Shown: positions 1 through 9,825 of the stretch, piece by piece
Numbering within the stretch: position 1 is the stretch's first letter
How the letters are laid out: every line of letters starts with the position of its first letter
Assembly (NCBI GenBank): GCA_963702895.1
Contig: OY969767.1
Coordinates: forward strand, 1,984,001 to 2,048,000
Origin: an uncultured Elusimicrobia bacterium
Lineage (GTDB): Bacteria > Elusimicrobiota > Elusimicrobia > 2-01-FULL-59-12
Length of the DNA: 64,000 bases
Direction of reading: 5' to 3'
The notes under the pieces: model-generated
What the model was told of the DNA's origin: nothing
What the model saw: the letters and a program-made list of their open reading frames with translations, nothing else
The model's database searches: none
Made by a program: the position numbers and the translations under genes

Positions 1-2
1 TG

Positions 3-1304
3 CCCAAGGATGCTTCTTCTCGTGAGGATCCCTTTACGCAACTCGTGGAGAATCTTCGCTCGAGAATGCCCATCGATCAGCACGGCGCTCAGGCTGAACA
101 CCTTCGGCGCGATATTCAAAAGTCGAGTGACGACATGCCGATTGTCCAGCTGGTGGATGCCATTTTCAGACAATCGCTCGCGAAAAAAGCAAGCGATATT
201 CACATTGAGCCTTACACGGACCACGTGGAGGTCCGTTTTCGGGTGGACGGTGTGATGTGTCCTGTGATGACTGTTCCCAAGGATTTTGAGGCCGCTATCA
301 CGTCGCGCATCAAAGTCATGGCCAACCTGGACATCACGGAGACGCGCCAGCCTCAGGATGGGCGCATCATGACTGAAGTGAGCGGTCGCCCCGTGGACCT
401 CCGTATCTCGACCCTCCCTATCGTCCATGGCGAAAAAACAGTGATTCGTATTCTCGACAAAGCCGCCGTCCAGTTCGACCTTAAAAAACTGGGTTTCCCA
501 GACAGAGCCTATCAGCTTTTCACCGAGTCCCTTCAGAAACCCAATGGAATCATTCTTGTCACGGGACCCACAGGGAGTGGAAAATCCACCACCCTGTATA
601 CAGGTCTGACCATCCTGAATGAGCCCGACACCAATATTGTGACCATGGAAGACCCCGTAGAAATTCAGATCCCCCGTGTAAACCAAGTGCAGGTGAACAA
701 CAAAGTCGGTTTGACCTTCGCCAAAGGGTTAAGGTCCATTCTTCGCCAAGATCCTGACGTCATTATGCTGGGCGAGATTCGAGATCAGGAAACAGCTGAA
801 ATCGCTATCCAGGCCGCGCTCACGGGACATCTGGTCCTTTCCACGCTCCATACCAACGATGCCCCCAGTGCGATCACGCGACTGCGCTACATGCGTGTTG
901 AACCTTTTCTGATCAGCGCATCCGTTTTGATGATTATTGCTCAGCGCCTCGTCCGTGTCTTGTGCCCGAATTGCAAGGAACCCTGTGAATTGCCTGGGGC
1001 GACGCGCGAAATGATCGAGAAGGCCAGCGCGTTTTATACTGGCCCGCGGACCTACTTTAAAGCCAAGGGGTGTGATGCCTGCAGTCAGACAGGTTATCGA
1101 GGAAGAAAAGGGATCTATGAGACCTTCAAGATGACCGACAAGTTGCGCGAAATGACGGTCGATCCCAAAAGCAGTCTCGAGGAGATACGAGCGGTCGTCA
1201 GAGATGACGGCATGACGACGCTTTTTGAAGAAGGGGCTATTAACGTCTCCATGGGCCATACCACGGTAGAAGAGATGCTGCGCGTCTGCTCCCTCGATGG
1301 CTAA
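3..1304 (+). CDS. pilB: Type IV pilus / T2SS assembly ATPase (PilB/GspE family), 5' truncated by window edge
   Basis: ASDIHIEP, Walker A GPTGSGKS, LRQDPDVI, TGHLVLSTLHTND, CPNC...CDAC zinc motif; frame is open back to the window start; followed by pilC. Confidence 0.9.
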   Translation, partial: PKDASSREDPFTQLVENLRSRMPIDQHGAQAEHLRRDIQKSSDDMPIVQLVDAIFRQSLAKKASDIHIEPYTDHVEVRFRVDGVMCPVMTVPKDFEAAITSRIKVMANLDITETRQPQDGRIMTEVSGRPVDLRISTLPIVHGEKTVIRILDKAAVQFDLKKLGFPDRAYQLFTESLQKPNGIILVTGPTGSGKSTTLYTGLTILNEPDTNIVTMEDPVEIQIPRVNQVQVNNKVGLTFAKGLRSILRQDPDVIMLGEIRDQETAEIAIQAALTGHLVLSTLHTNDAPSAITRLRYMRVEPFLISASVLMIIAQRLVRVLCPNCKEPCELPGATREMIEKASAFYTGPRTYFKAKGCDACSQTGYRGRKGIYETFKMTDKLREMTVDPKSSLEEIRAVVRDDGMTTLFEEGAINVSMGHTTVEEMLRVCSLDG

Positions 1305-1329
1305 TTAACAAACAGGCCAAGGAAATACT

Positions 1330-2679
1330 TTGCCCAATTTCAACTACATTGCATCCAATAGCTCAGGGGAGACCAAACGGGGCGTCTTCGCTGCGTCCAG
1401 CAAGTCGGAGCTGGCCCAGAAATTGAAAGCGCAGGGGCTCTTTCTTGTTTCCTGCAGGTCCGATGATGAAAAGTCCGCCGCTGCTGGAGCGCCCGATCCG
1501 CGCTCCCTTAAGACAACGCAAACGGCAGCACCTTTAGCGCGCTCCAGCGCGCCAACGCCCTCCAACCATGCGTCGGCCAAGATCCATAGTCTTTTCAGCT
1601 CATTACGGAAGACCGACCCCAGCAAATCCCCAACGAATAGTGTCTCTCTTAAAGAACTGGTCGTGCTGACACGTCAGCTTTCGATCAGTATTAACGCGGG
1701 CATGTCGTTTGTGGAGTCTCTCCAGGGGCTGGTCACCAATACCAAGAACCCCCGTTTGTCCTGGGTCATGAGAAAAGTTCTCAATGATGTGCTCGCGGGC
1801 AAACGATTTTCCGATGCCTTGGCCGCCCATCCGGTCGTGTTCACGCCGGTCTACGTCAGCATGACCGCGGCGGGAGAAGCCGGCGGGTTCATGCCCGAGG
1901 CGCTCAACCGAGTTGCGGAATTCCTTGAGAAAGACATCGAGCTGCAATCTAAAATTAAGTCAGCCATGATTTATCCGGTCGTGATCGGAATTGTTGCAAC
2001 CTTGGTCGTTACGGGCATGATGCTCTTTATCGTACCCACTTTCATCAAGGTCTTTCAGGATATGAATGCGCCACTGCCCGGCCCCACTCGGGCCTTAATT
2101 GCGACCAGCAACTTTACGCGAAATGGGGGATTTCTCTTGCCGTTCGTGTTTGTCGCCTTATTCTTCTACATGAAGCGTCTTCGAAAAACGAACGAGGCGT
2201 TCCGGGCCTTTTGGGATGAGAGGGTATTAGGAGTCCCCGTGTTTGGCAAACTCATCACGCTTGAAATCATCACCCGGTTTATTCGCACACTTGCGAGTCT
2301 CGTTTCCAACGGCGTCGTCGCCTTACAAGCCATCGGTGTGGCGAGACAAGTCGTTGAAAACCGCACCATTGAGCGCGTGGTCGACGAGATTTTTACTAGC
2401 ATTCAACAAGGCAATGGCATTTCGCCTGTCCTCTATCGAAGCAAGCACTTTCCAGTTCTGGTCGCCAATATGGTCTCGACAGGCGAGAAAACGGGCGCCA
2501 TTCCGGAGGTCCTCAATAAGATGGCAGACTACTATGATGCTGAAGTCTCAGCGGCCGTCGGCGGCCTGCTGGCCCTGCTGGAACCCCTTCTCATTGTGGT
2601 CATGGCGAGCATCGTAGGATTTGTCATCCTTGGCCTCATGTTGCCGGTTCTCACGATGTCCAGTCTGGTTGGAAATTAG
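1330..2679 (+). CDS. pilC: Type IV pilus / T2SS inner-membrane platform protein (PilC/GspF)
   Basis: Two T2SSF repeats (GEAGG...SAMIYP; GEKTG...LLEP), TM segments, follows pilB. Confidence 0.9.
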   Translation: MPNFNYIASNSSGETKRGVFAASSKSELAQKLKAQGLFLVSCRSDDEKSAAAGAPDPRSLKTTQTAAPLARSSAPTPSNHASAKIHSLFSSLRKTDPSKSPTNSVSLKELVVLTRQLSISINAGMSFVESLQGLVTNTKNPRLSWVMRKVLNDVLAGKRFSDALAAHPVVFTPVYVSMTAAGEAGGFMPEALNRVAEFLEKDIELQSKIKSAMIYPVVIGIVATLVVTGMMLFIVPTFIKVFQDMNAPLPGPTRALIATSNFTRNGGFLLPFVFVALFFYMKRLRKTNEAFRAFWDERVLGVPVFGKLITLEIITRFIRTLASLVSNGVVALQAIGVARQVVENRTIERVVDEIFTSIQQGNGISPVLYRSKHFPVLVANMVSTGEKTGAIPEVLNKMADYYDAEVSAAVGGLLALLEPLLIVVMASIVGFVILGLMLPVLTMSSLVGN

Positions 2680-2733
2680 CCCCCTTAGAAAATCCTTGTA
2701 TTCCCGTTCTTTATAGGCTATTAAACGAGAGCT

Positions 2734-3120
2734 ATGAGGGTCCTCGTTGTAGAAGACGATCCAGATATCCAGGTCATTCTCAAAATGGTCCTCACCCGCC
2801 TGGGAAAGTGTGATGTTGTGATGACTTACCAGGGGAATGAGGTCCTTCCCCTCGCCAAAACCCAAAAACCTGATCTCATCCTTCTGGACGTGATGCTGCC
2901 CGATAAAAGTGGGCTTGAGATCTGTTCAGAGCTCAAACTCGATGCGGCGACCCAATCAATTCCCGTGATCTTTTTAACCGCACGGGCTTTGCCTATGGAT
3001 ATCAAAGAGGCTCTCACGCGTGGTGCTGTCGGCTATCTTGCGAAGCCCTTTGATCCGATGACGCTGGTCAAACAAATCAATGAACTACTATCTCCGCTGG
3101 GCACTTCGATAGGAGCATGA
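2734..3120 (+). CDS. Single-domain response regulator
   Basis: VVEDD, PDLILLDVMLP, IFLTA, YLAKPF receiver motifs. Confidence 0.9.
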   Translation: MRVLVVEDDPDIQVILKMVLTRLGKCDVVMTYQGNEVLPLAKTQKPDLILLDVMLPDKSGLEICSELKLDAATQSIPVIFLTARALPMDIKEALTRGAVGYLAKPFDPMTLVKQINELLSPLGTSIGA

Positions 3121-3782
3121 CGATGGAAAAGAATCAAATCAGCTTCGAACAGATCCTCAATGCGACATTGAGCATGCTTCGACAAACCTGGAACACCACA
3201 ACCTGTCTTTTCTTTCAGATCGATGATGCCGGCAACCTGCGAATACGGGGGGGCGATGGCCTGAAGGCGGAAGATGTTGTTACGGTTACGCTCGACTCCT
3301 CTCGGGGAGCCGCGAGCCGATGTTGTGCTGAAAATAAGATCATCGAAGTCCATGATCTCGCCGAGCTCGGACCCTTGGAAACACCTTTAAGATCCCTCGC
3401 TAAAAAGAATGAGAAATTTATCTTGGCCCCTGTTTCGGGCGAGGCCCGCGTGATTGGCATCTTGTTCCTCGGTCCGTTCCCCCACGATGCCGACCTTCAC
3501 AAGCGGGAAGCCGAACTACGCTCTGCCGGCGCCCTCTGTGCGGTTCTCTCGGCCCATTGGCGCCTCTATGAATGGATGGAAAGTATCGTCCCGCAGCTCA
3601 ATCATTCCCTGCGCACGCCTCTGACAGCCATCCAGGGATCCATCGGGATGGTGCTCGGTGGCGTCTTTGGACAGGTCGGGCATGAAGTGAAAGAAATGCT
3701 GGAGATGGCCCAGAAAGGCTGCGAACGCACTGTCCGCACCATTGAAGATTACCTCAACAGTCAGACTCCGTCGAAAGACTAG
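3117..3782 (+). CDS. GAF-like + HisKA (phosphoacceptor) protein with no ATPase domain
   Basis: H-box NHSLRTPLTAI near the C-terminus; stop codon before any HATPase_c; overlaps upstream RR by 4 nt. Confidence 0.7.
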   Translation: MTMEKNQISFEQILNATLSMLRQTWNTTTCLFFQIDDAGNLRIRGGDGLKAEDVVTVTLDSSRGAASRCCAENKIIEVHDLAELGPLETPLRSLAKKNEKFILAPVSGEARVIGILFLGPFPHDADLHKREAELRSAGALCAVLSAHWRLYEWMESIVPQLNHSLRTPLTAIQGSIGMVLGGVFGQVGHEVKEMLEMAQKGCERTVRTIEDYLNSQTPSKD

Positions 3783-3785
3783 TTT

Positions 3786-4148
3786 TTATACGAATGGTTG
3801 AAGCTTGGGCCAGGCCCGGTCCCAATCGATGGGCTTAAGTAAATAGGCGCGGGCTCCCGAAGCGTACCCCTTCTCAACATCGGCCACCTTGTCAGAAGCC
3901 GTCAGCATGACCAAGGGTATTTCACTCGTCGCTTTGTTGGCTTTGAGATTGCGCAACAACGTAAATCCATCGACACCTGGCATCGCCACATCCGAGATAA
4001 TGAGGTCTGGTTTATTCTTTTCAGCCCAGAAATAGGCTTTCTCAGGATCGGTCATGGTGATGACCTTGAGACCTTTGATCATGAGAAATTTCTCAACAAC
4101 CTTCAGAATAAAGGGGTCGTCATCAATAGCCAGGACAGTTTTGGGCAT
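3786..4148 (-). CDS. Single-domain response regulator
   Basis: AIDDD, PDLIISDVAMP, YLLKP. Confidence 0.9.
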   Translation of the reverse strand: MPKTVLAIDDDPFILKVVEKFLMIKGLKVITMTDPEKAYFWAEKNKPDLIISDVAMPGVDGFTLLRNLKANKATSEIPLVMLTASDKVADVEKGYASGARAYLLKPIDWDRAWPKLQPFV

Positions 4149-4531
4149 CAGGCACTCTTTTGAAGCAACGGTTCTAACTTAGGCCAGGCCGTATCCCAGT
4201 CAAAAGGTTTGAGCAGGTAAGCGCGTGCTCCCACGGTGTAGCCTTTCTCGACGTCCGTGACTTTGTCGCTGCCCGTCAGCAGGACCAGCGGTATGCTGGA
4301 TGTGATCTTGTTGTGCTTAAGGCCGGAGAAGAGAGTGAATCCGTCCAGCGCTGGCATGGCAACATCAGAAATGATCAGATCGGGCCTCTCCCGTTCAGCC
4401 ATCGTATAGGCCGTTTCAGGATCTGTCGTCTGAAGTACTCGAAAACCCTTCGATTGAAGCACCCGTGAGACCAGATCGATCAGATAGGGGTCATCATCCA
4501 CAACGAGTATCGTTTGTTGCGTCTTTTCCAT
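4148..4531 (-). CDS. Single-domain response regulator (paralog of 3786-4148)
   Basis: VVDDD, PDLIISDVAMP, YLLKPFDWD; start set at MEKTQQ. Confidence 0.85.
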   Translation of the reverse strand: MEKTQQTILVVDDDPYLIDLVSRVLQSKGFRVLQTTDPETAYTMAERERPDLIISDVAMPALDGFTLFSGLKHNKITSSIPLVLLTGSDKVTDVEKGYTVGARAYLLKPFDWDTAWPKLEPLLQKSA

Positions 4532-4668
4532 AGGATTCGTACTTTCTACGCCATATTTATCTCCTCCTCCCTGAAATTTCAAGAGATATTCTTGAACATG
4601 AAGAAAGTTGAGAATTCCCTGAGAATACCCTTGAAAATGCTCAATTTTCAGTCTAAATTTGCATTGGC

Positions 4669-5373
4669 ATGATTGATAGCTCCCTACAAACAAAAGTCAC
4701 GAAAGTTCTGATCGTTGAAGACGAGCCTGGCCAAATGCAATTGACCCGACAGGCGTTGGAGAGCCACGGCACGTTTCATTTGAGTTTTGCCCAATCAGCC
4801 CAGGAAGCTTTTCAAAAACTCACACAAGAGATCCCGGATCTGATTCTAATGGACCTGGGACTCCCGGATGGCGATGGCCTCGATGTGACAAGGCGCCTCA
4901 GAGAAGAGGAGCGTACGAGATGGGTCCCCGTGATCATCTTGACCGGCAGGTCCACGGTGGTAGATAAAATCACCGGGTTAGAAGTCGGGGCCGATGATTA
5001 CCTCACGAAACCTTTTGACCCGGGCGAACTCGTGGCTCGTGTGAGAGCTGTCCTGCGACGCAAACAGTCCCTCGGGCCTGTCACCGATTTTGAGAGCAAT
5101 GGATTTAAGATCAGCGCCGATCGACGCCAGGTGTGGCTCAACAACAACGCCGTGGCCATGACCCCCAAGGAATTTGATCTCTTATTGATGATGGTTTCCA
5201 AACGCGGGGCTGTGATTACCCGAGAGGAGATTGGACAAGTCATCTGGGGAAAATCGGCGGAGGAGTCCGCCCGAACGCTGGACACCCACATTTGGCGCTT
5301 ACGTTCGAAACTGGGTGATTTCGCTGACCGGATTGAGACGGTCGGCAAGAACGGGTACCGCTTTACCTCTTAA
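4669..5373 (+). CDS. OmpR/PhoB-family DNA-binding response regulator
   Basis: Receiver (GADDYLTKPF) + winged helix (TPKEFDLL...RTLDTHIWRLRSKL...IETVGKNGYRF). Confidence 0.9.
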   Translation: MIDSSLQTKVTKVLIVEDEPGQMQLTRQALESHGTFHLSFAQSAQEAFQKLTQEIPDLILMDLGLPDGDGLDVTRRLREEERTRWVPVIILTGRSTVVDKITGLEVGADDYLTKPFDPGELVARVRAVLRRKQSLGPVTDFESNGFKISADRRQVWLNNNAVAMTPKEFDLLLMMVSKRGAVITREEIGQVIWGKSAEESARTLDTHIWRLRSKLGDFADRIETVGKNGYRFTS

Positions 5374-6736
5374 GCTTCCTTTTCGCAAACGCCAAAGCCT
5401 CTTTCACCGATCGAACTTTCCCTTCCGCTTGAGCGTCCTGAATGGTCCCTAAGAGTTGACCGATCAGCGGCCCGGGTTTGAGGCGAAGGGCCTTCATGAG
5501 TCGATGCCCGTCGACGAGCTTTTCTGGGAGGATCTTGGAGCGCTCAAGAAAATAGCTATCCAAGAGCCGCAGCCCCATTTTTTCAACGGGATCGCGTCCT
5601 TTCCCCCAGAGCGAGCGGCGTAAATAGGTGTAGTGATCGGCAAGCGAGAGAAGCACCATCCCCACACCGTCCTCACCCAGATCCCGAAAAAAACGCGACA
5701 CGGCCTTGTCCGTAATCCTCGGAGCGGCAGCGAGGCTTCCCGCCCGCATATGATGCCGCACCCACAACCCCAAAAGATGCACTTCTTGCCGGCTCAGTCT
5801 GAGCCGATGGCCCAGTTTCATGACGAGATCCGCCCCAACCTGTTCATGCTCGAAAAAACGAAGCCTGCCTTTGATCATTTTTGCGGTCGCTGGTTTCCCA
5901 ATATCATGGAGAAAAGCCGCCCATTTGAGCCAGGCGACTCGCGGGTAGCCCCCCACAAGGGTCTGCACATAGGCCGCGATCTCCGGACGACGGTTGCGGG
6001 TCAGGATCCATTCAAGATTGGCGACGGTCTCGACGGAATGGCGGAGCACGCCTCCCGTTCCGTAATAGCGCACGGCCGTTCTTCGACAGGCATCCATTTC
6101 AGGAAATACGTGCGAAAGCAGGCCCGTTTGATCCATCAGCTTCAGGACCTGGCATGTCGCGGGCTGTTTCCAGAACCGCAAGAGCTCTTCACGGATTCTT
6201 TCCGCAGAAACCCTGTCCAGCCCTTCACGATGTTTCCGGATCCACTGGAGTGTACGCGCTTCAATTTTAAAGTTCAACTGAACCGCGAACCGGAAAGCCC
6301 GCAAAGTCCGCAAAGGGTCCTCCAGGAAGGCTCGCTCGGAAACACCACGGATGAGCTTTCGCTGGAGGTCGCGCTGGCCACCAAAGGGATCCAGGAGCGG
6401 TCCATCCGGAAAGAGGCGGGCCATGGCGTTGATCGAAAAATCGCGTCTTCGGAGGTCCCTTTCAATCGATTGACCCTGGAGCTCCGCGAAATCGAGCGTT
6501 TGATGATCAGAGAGGACCACCCGATAGATCCGGTTCTGCTCATCCAGGACGATAAACTTCGCCCGCAGCGCCTGCGCGACCTGGAGGGCCAGCGGACGGG
6601 CCTTCCGGCACGCAAAATCCCAATCTTGGCATGCCAAACCGAGTAAGCTGTCTCGAACGGGGCCGCCGACAAACCACAGGGGCTCTCGACGACGTCGGAC
6701 GACGCTCAGGAGAGCCTCATGAAGAAGAGGGTTCAC
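5363..6736 (-). CDS. cca: CCA-adding tRNA nucleotidyltransferase / poly(A) polymerase family with HD domain
   Basis: VGGPVRD, DWD, DLRRRDFSINAMA, EDPLRTLRAFRF, LHDIGKP. Confidence 0.85.
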   Translation of the reverse strand: MNPLLHEALLSVVRRRREPLWFVGGPVRDSLLGLACQDWDFACRKARPLALQVAQALRAKFIVLDEQNRIYRVVLSDHQTLDFAELQGQSIERDLRRRDFSINAMARLFPDGPLLDPFGGQRDLQRKLIRGVSERAFLEDPLRTLRAFRFAVQLNFKIEARTLQWIRKHREGLDRVSAERIREELLRFWKQPATCQVLKLMDQTGLLSHVFPEMDACRRTAVRYYGTGGVLRHSVETVANLEWILTRNRRPEIAAYVQTLVGGYPRVAWLKWAAFLHDIGKPATAKMIKGRLRFFEHEQVGADLVMKLGHRLRLSRQEVHLLGLWVRHHMRAGSLAAAPRITDKAVSRFFRDLGEDGVGMVLLSLADHYTYLRRSLWGKGRDPVEKMGLRLLDSYFLERSKILPEKLVDGHRLMKALRLKPGPLIGQLLGTIQDAQAEGKVRSVKEALAFAKRKLKR

Positions 6737-8310
6737 GACTGGCGGAGCTCTCTCTTTAAAATCTTACCGAGGGTGTTCTTGGGAAGTTCTTTTCTGATCT
6801 CAAGATCCTTGGGACATTTGTAGGTGGCAAGCTTCGAGCGACAAAGTTTAAGCAGTTCCTGACGATCGGCTTGTGCGCCCTCTTTCAAGGTCACAAAAGC
6901 CCGAATGATCTCATCCCCTGATTTATCCGGTATACCGACCACCGCCGCCTCTTGTACGGCGGGGTGCGCCTGGAGGAGGTCTTCGATTTCTTTCGGATAG
7001 ACATTAAGCCCTTTGGAGATAATCAAATCCTTTTTGCGGTCCGAAATATAGAGATAGCCCCCCGTGTCAACATAACCGAGATCGCCTGTGCGCAACCATC
7101 GGTGTTCCCGGTCTAAAAAGGCCTCCTGGCTCGCGGCTTCTTGGCGAAAGTATCCTTTCATGACATTCTCGCCCTGGACACAGATCTCCCCCACCTCTCC
7201 TGTGGGGAGATCCTCTCCAGAGTCGCCCAGAATACGTATCTGAATACCCGGAAGCGCCTGACCGATGGAGCCGGGGACACGTTTGGTTTCGGGATTCAGG
7301 GTCACGACGGGACTCGCTTCCGTGAGGCCGTATCCCTCCAGCAGCGGCACACCGAATTTCTTTTCAAATTTCTGCTGGACAGCAATCGGCAGGGCCGAGG
7401 CTCCAGCAATACAGAGGCGCAGCGGATTGATCCACCGCATGGGCCACCAAAAAGGAACACGAAGAAGGGCGGCATAGATGGGCGGCACCGCCACAAAAAT
7501 GCTCACTTGTTCTTGAAAGATCTGCTTGATGACGTCGCTAAAAGGGTGGAGAGACTCGGAGATCACGATCTTGCAGCCAAGATAAAGCGGGATAATCACA
7601 CAAACCGTCCAAGCGAAAGTATGAAACATGGGAAGCAGGCAGAAAAAGTTATCCTGGCGGCTCAGCGATGGAACCATGCCCAAGCACTGTTCAGCATTGG
7701 CGAGGAAATTACGATGCGACAGCATGACCCCCTTCGGTTTGCCGGTGGTGCCGGAGGTGTAGATGAGCACGGCGACTTCGTCAGAACCGCGCGAGGAGGG
7801 CCGAAACAGGAGGGACGTGTCCATCGAGGCGAATGCGTCGCTGTCTGACATCAATGCATCGAAGGAATGGACTCCTGTGCTGGACTCCTCATTTCCTTTT
7901 TCTCGTCCGTCACCTCGCATCCCTGTCACGATGATATCGCGCAACTTCGGGAGCTTTTTTTTCGCCTCCAGGACATTCTTCAGAAAGGCTGGCTGCGTCA
8001 TGACCCCAACCACTCCCGCGTCCTCAAAGATATAGGAGATTTCGTCCGCCTTGAGAAGGAAATTGACGGGGACGACCTTTGCTCCCAGCCGCATGAGCGC
8101 GAAAAACGCGATGACAAACTCGGTCGAATTCTTGGTGACAAGCCCATACGCATCACCCGCCCGGATCCCCCGTGAAGCCAAAATCAGCGCCCAACGCTCA
8201 ATTTTCTTCTGGAGTTCCCCGTAGGGGGTGACACGACCCTGAAAGACGAGCGCTTTGGCCTTGGGTCGTTCCTTGGCCTGTTTTTCGATGAGTTCGTGGA
8301 GCATTACCAT
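6733..8310 (-). CDS. fadD: Long-chain fatty acid--CoA ligase
   Basis: YTSGTTGKPKG, EGYGLTEASP, TGDLG, PKNTLGKILK. Confidence 0.85.
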   Translation of the reverse strand: MVMLHELIEKQAKERPKAKALVFQGRVTPYGELQKKIERWALILASRGIRAGDAYGLVTKNSTEFVIAFFALMRLGAKVVPVNFLLKADEISYIFEDAGVVGVMTQPAFLKNVLEAKKKLPKLRDIIVTGMRGDGREKGNEESSTGVHSFDALMSDSDAFASMDTSLLFRPSSRGSDEVAVLIYTSGTTGKPKGVMLSHRNFLANAEQCLGMVPSLSRQDNFFCLLPMFHTFAWTVCVIIPLYLGCKIVISESLHPFSDVIKQIFQEQVSIFVAVPPIYAALLRVPFWWPMRWINPLRLCIAGASALPIAVQQKFEKKFGVPLLEGYGLTEASPVVTLNPETKRVPGSIGQALPGIQIRILGDSGEDLPTGEVGEICVQGENVMKGYFRQEAASQEAFLDREHRWLRTGDLGYVDTGGYLYISDRKKDLIISKGLNVYPKEIEDLLQAHPAVQEAAVVGIPDKSGDEIIRAFVTLKEGAQADRQELLKLCRSKLATYKCPKDLEIRKELPKNTLGKILKRELRQS

Positions 8311-9173
8311 GGGAACTTGGGAATGGCCTCCACGAGAGCCTTCGTGTAGGGATGCTGAGGGATCGCCAGGACGCTCGCCACAGCTCCTTGCTCCACGACC
8401 CTCCCCTCTTTCAGGACGATGATACGGTCCGCGAAGGCGTGCGCGACGGCGAGATCGTGTGTGATGAAAAAGACCGTTAACCCGAAGTCTTGACGAAGTT
8501 GACCAAACAACTCAAGGATTTGCGCCTGCGTGGTGACATCCAGCGCTGAAAGGGGCTCGTCTGCAACGAGGAGTTCAGGCTTCATGGCCAGAGCACGAGC
8601 GATGGCGATCCGTTGGCGTTGTCCGCCGGAGAATTGGAAGGGATAATGCGTCAAAGCCTCTCCCGAGAGTCCCACCGACTCCAGGAGTTCTCGGCACCGT
8701 TCTGCAACGCCATCCCGGCCAGAGTCGGCGCCCCCGGTTGCAAGGGGGACGGCCTTCGCCGCCATGACACCAGACGTGAGGCGCAAAACCTCGCCTAATT
8801 GCGTACCAATCGAGAGCTTGGGATTGAGTGACGCATAGGGATCTTGAAAGATCATCTGGATTTTTTGTGCACGCTCCAGACGTGTCCATGAATCGGTGGA
8901 CTCTCCTTTCCAGAGGAGAGATCCGGCATCCATGGCAAGCAAACCCGTCAGGATCTTGGCCAAAGTCGACTTGCCGCACCCGGACCCTCCGACCAAAGCC
9001 ACATTCTCTCCGGTGTGAACCTCGAAGGACACGTCGGATAAGGCCTGAACCAGACCGATGGGAGTGCGAAAAATCCCCCCCTCCACAGGGTAGGCCTTGG
9101 ACACCCCGCGCACCTCCAAGAGCAAATTAGAGTCGCGTGGCGGCACGGTTGAAGGATTCTGCCAATTCAGCAC
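8304..9173 (-). CDS. Dipeptide/oligopeptide ABC ATPase (DppF/OppF-like); start uncertain
   Basis: GGSGCGKS, FQDPYASLNP, FSGGQRQR, ADEP, HPYT. Confidence 0.9.
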   Translation of the reverse strand: MLNWQNPSTVPPRDSNLLLEVRGVSKAYPVEGGIFRTPIGLVQALSDVSFEVHTGENVALVGGSGCGKSTLAKILTGLLAMDAGSLLWKGESTDSWTRLERAQKIQMIFQDPYASLNPKLSIGTQLGEVLRLTSGVMAAKAVPLATGGADSGRDGVAERCRELLESVGLSGEALTHYPFQFSGGQRQRIAIARALAMKPELLVADEPLSALDVTTQAQILELFGQLRQDFGLTVFFITHDLAVAHAFADRIIVLKEGRVVEQGAVASVLAIPQHPYTKALVEAIPKFPW

Positions 9174-9456
9174 AGGCTTTTCGAACGAAACCAGGTTCCA
9201 AGCGTCCAGGTCGATAGAGTTCCTGTTGGGTCGAGCGTGTGTAGAGAGGCTTCAAGCATCGTGCCACCGAAGCCGGAAGCGGCAGCGTTTCGAGAACCCC
9301 CATAAGCTCACGCGCCCTCTCATAACAACGACGTACATTTCCCTCATGAGCGTGACGGTTCGAGGCGCGACCGAATTCTGAGGCGACCATGAGCGCAATG
9401 GCGGCTGCCCCTTTTTGAACGAGGTGAAGACGTGTGATGCCGGGGTGGGCTTTCAT
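9127..9456 (-). CDS. Hypothetical helical protein coupled to the DUF5674-like gene
   Basis: 4-nt overlap with upstream gene; motif LMVASEFGRA...CYERAREL. Confidence 0.6.
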   Translation of the reverse strand: MKAHPGITRLHLVQKGAAAIALMVASEFGRASNRHAHEGNVRRCYERARELMGVLETLPLPASVARCLKPLYTRSTQQELYRPGRLEPGFVRKACAELAESFNRAATRL

Positions 9457-9809
9457 CGGGCAGACTCAAAGTAATGAAGGGCGATCTCCCGGACAGAACG
9501 CCGCAGCGCTTCAGACTGGACTTCTTGTGAAGGATTTCCATCCGAGGGGCGCAGATTAATCATGGAGGTATATTCAAGACGGCTTTCCGAGCGGTCTTGC
9601 CAATAGTAGTTGCCTCCCCACAGGTCCGATTGCTCTGAACCGTCCTGCAAAAGGAGCAGTTCTTCATCGCTGTGCAGCCCACCGCCAGCCGCCATGATTT
9701 TCCGTTTGAGGTCGACGACAAATTTGATCATATCGCCAAATTCATCCTGAGCCAACCGTTCAATCCTGTTCACGGAAAGGGGGGCTCGAAAGATCTCGGG
9801 ATCGGTCAT
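9453..9809 (-). CDS. DUF5674-like protein
   Basis: MIKFVVDL...GGGLHSDEE...GSEQSDLWGGN...SMINLRP pattern recalled for this family. Confidence 0.65.
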   Translation of the reverse strand: MTDPEIFRAPLSVNRIERLAQDEFGDMIKFVVDLKRKIMAAGGGLHSDEELLLLQDGSEQSDLWGGNYYWQDRSESRLEYTSMINLRPSDGNPSQEVQSEALRRSVREIALHYFESAR

Positions 9810-9825
9810 AATTGATTATACCTGC

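Noticed and set aside
7790..7926. Possible convergent heptamer repeats in the acyl-CoA ligase linker
   Set aside because: Too degenerate to distinguish from a naturally variable loop.
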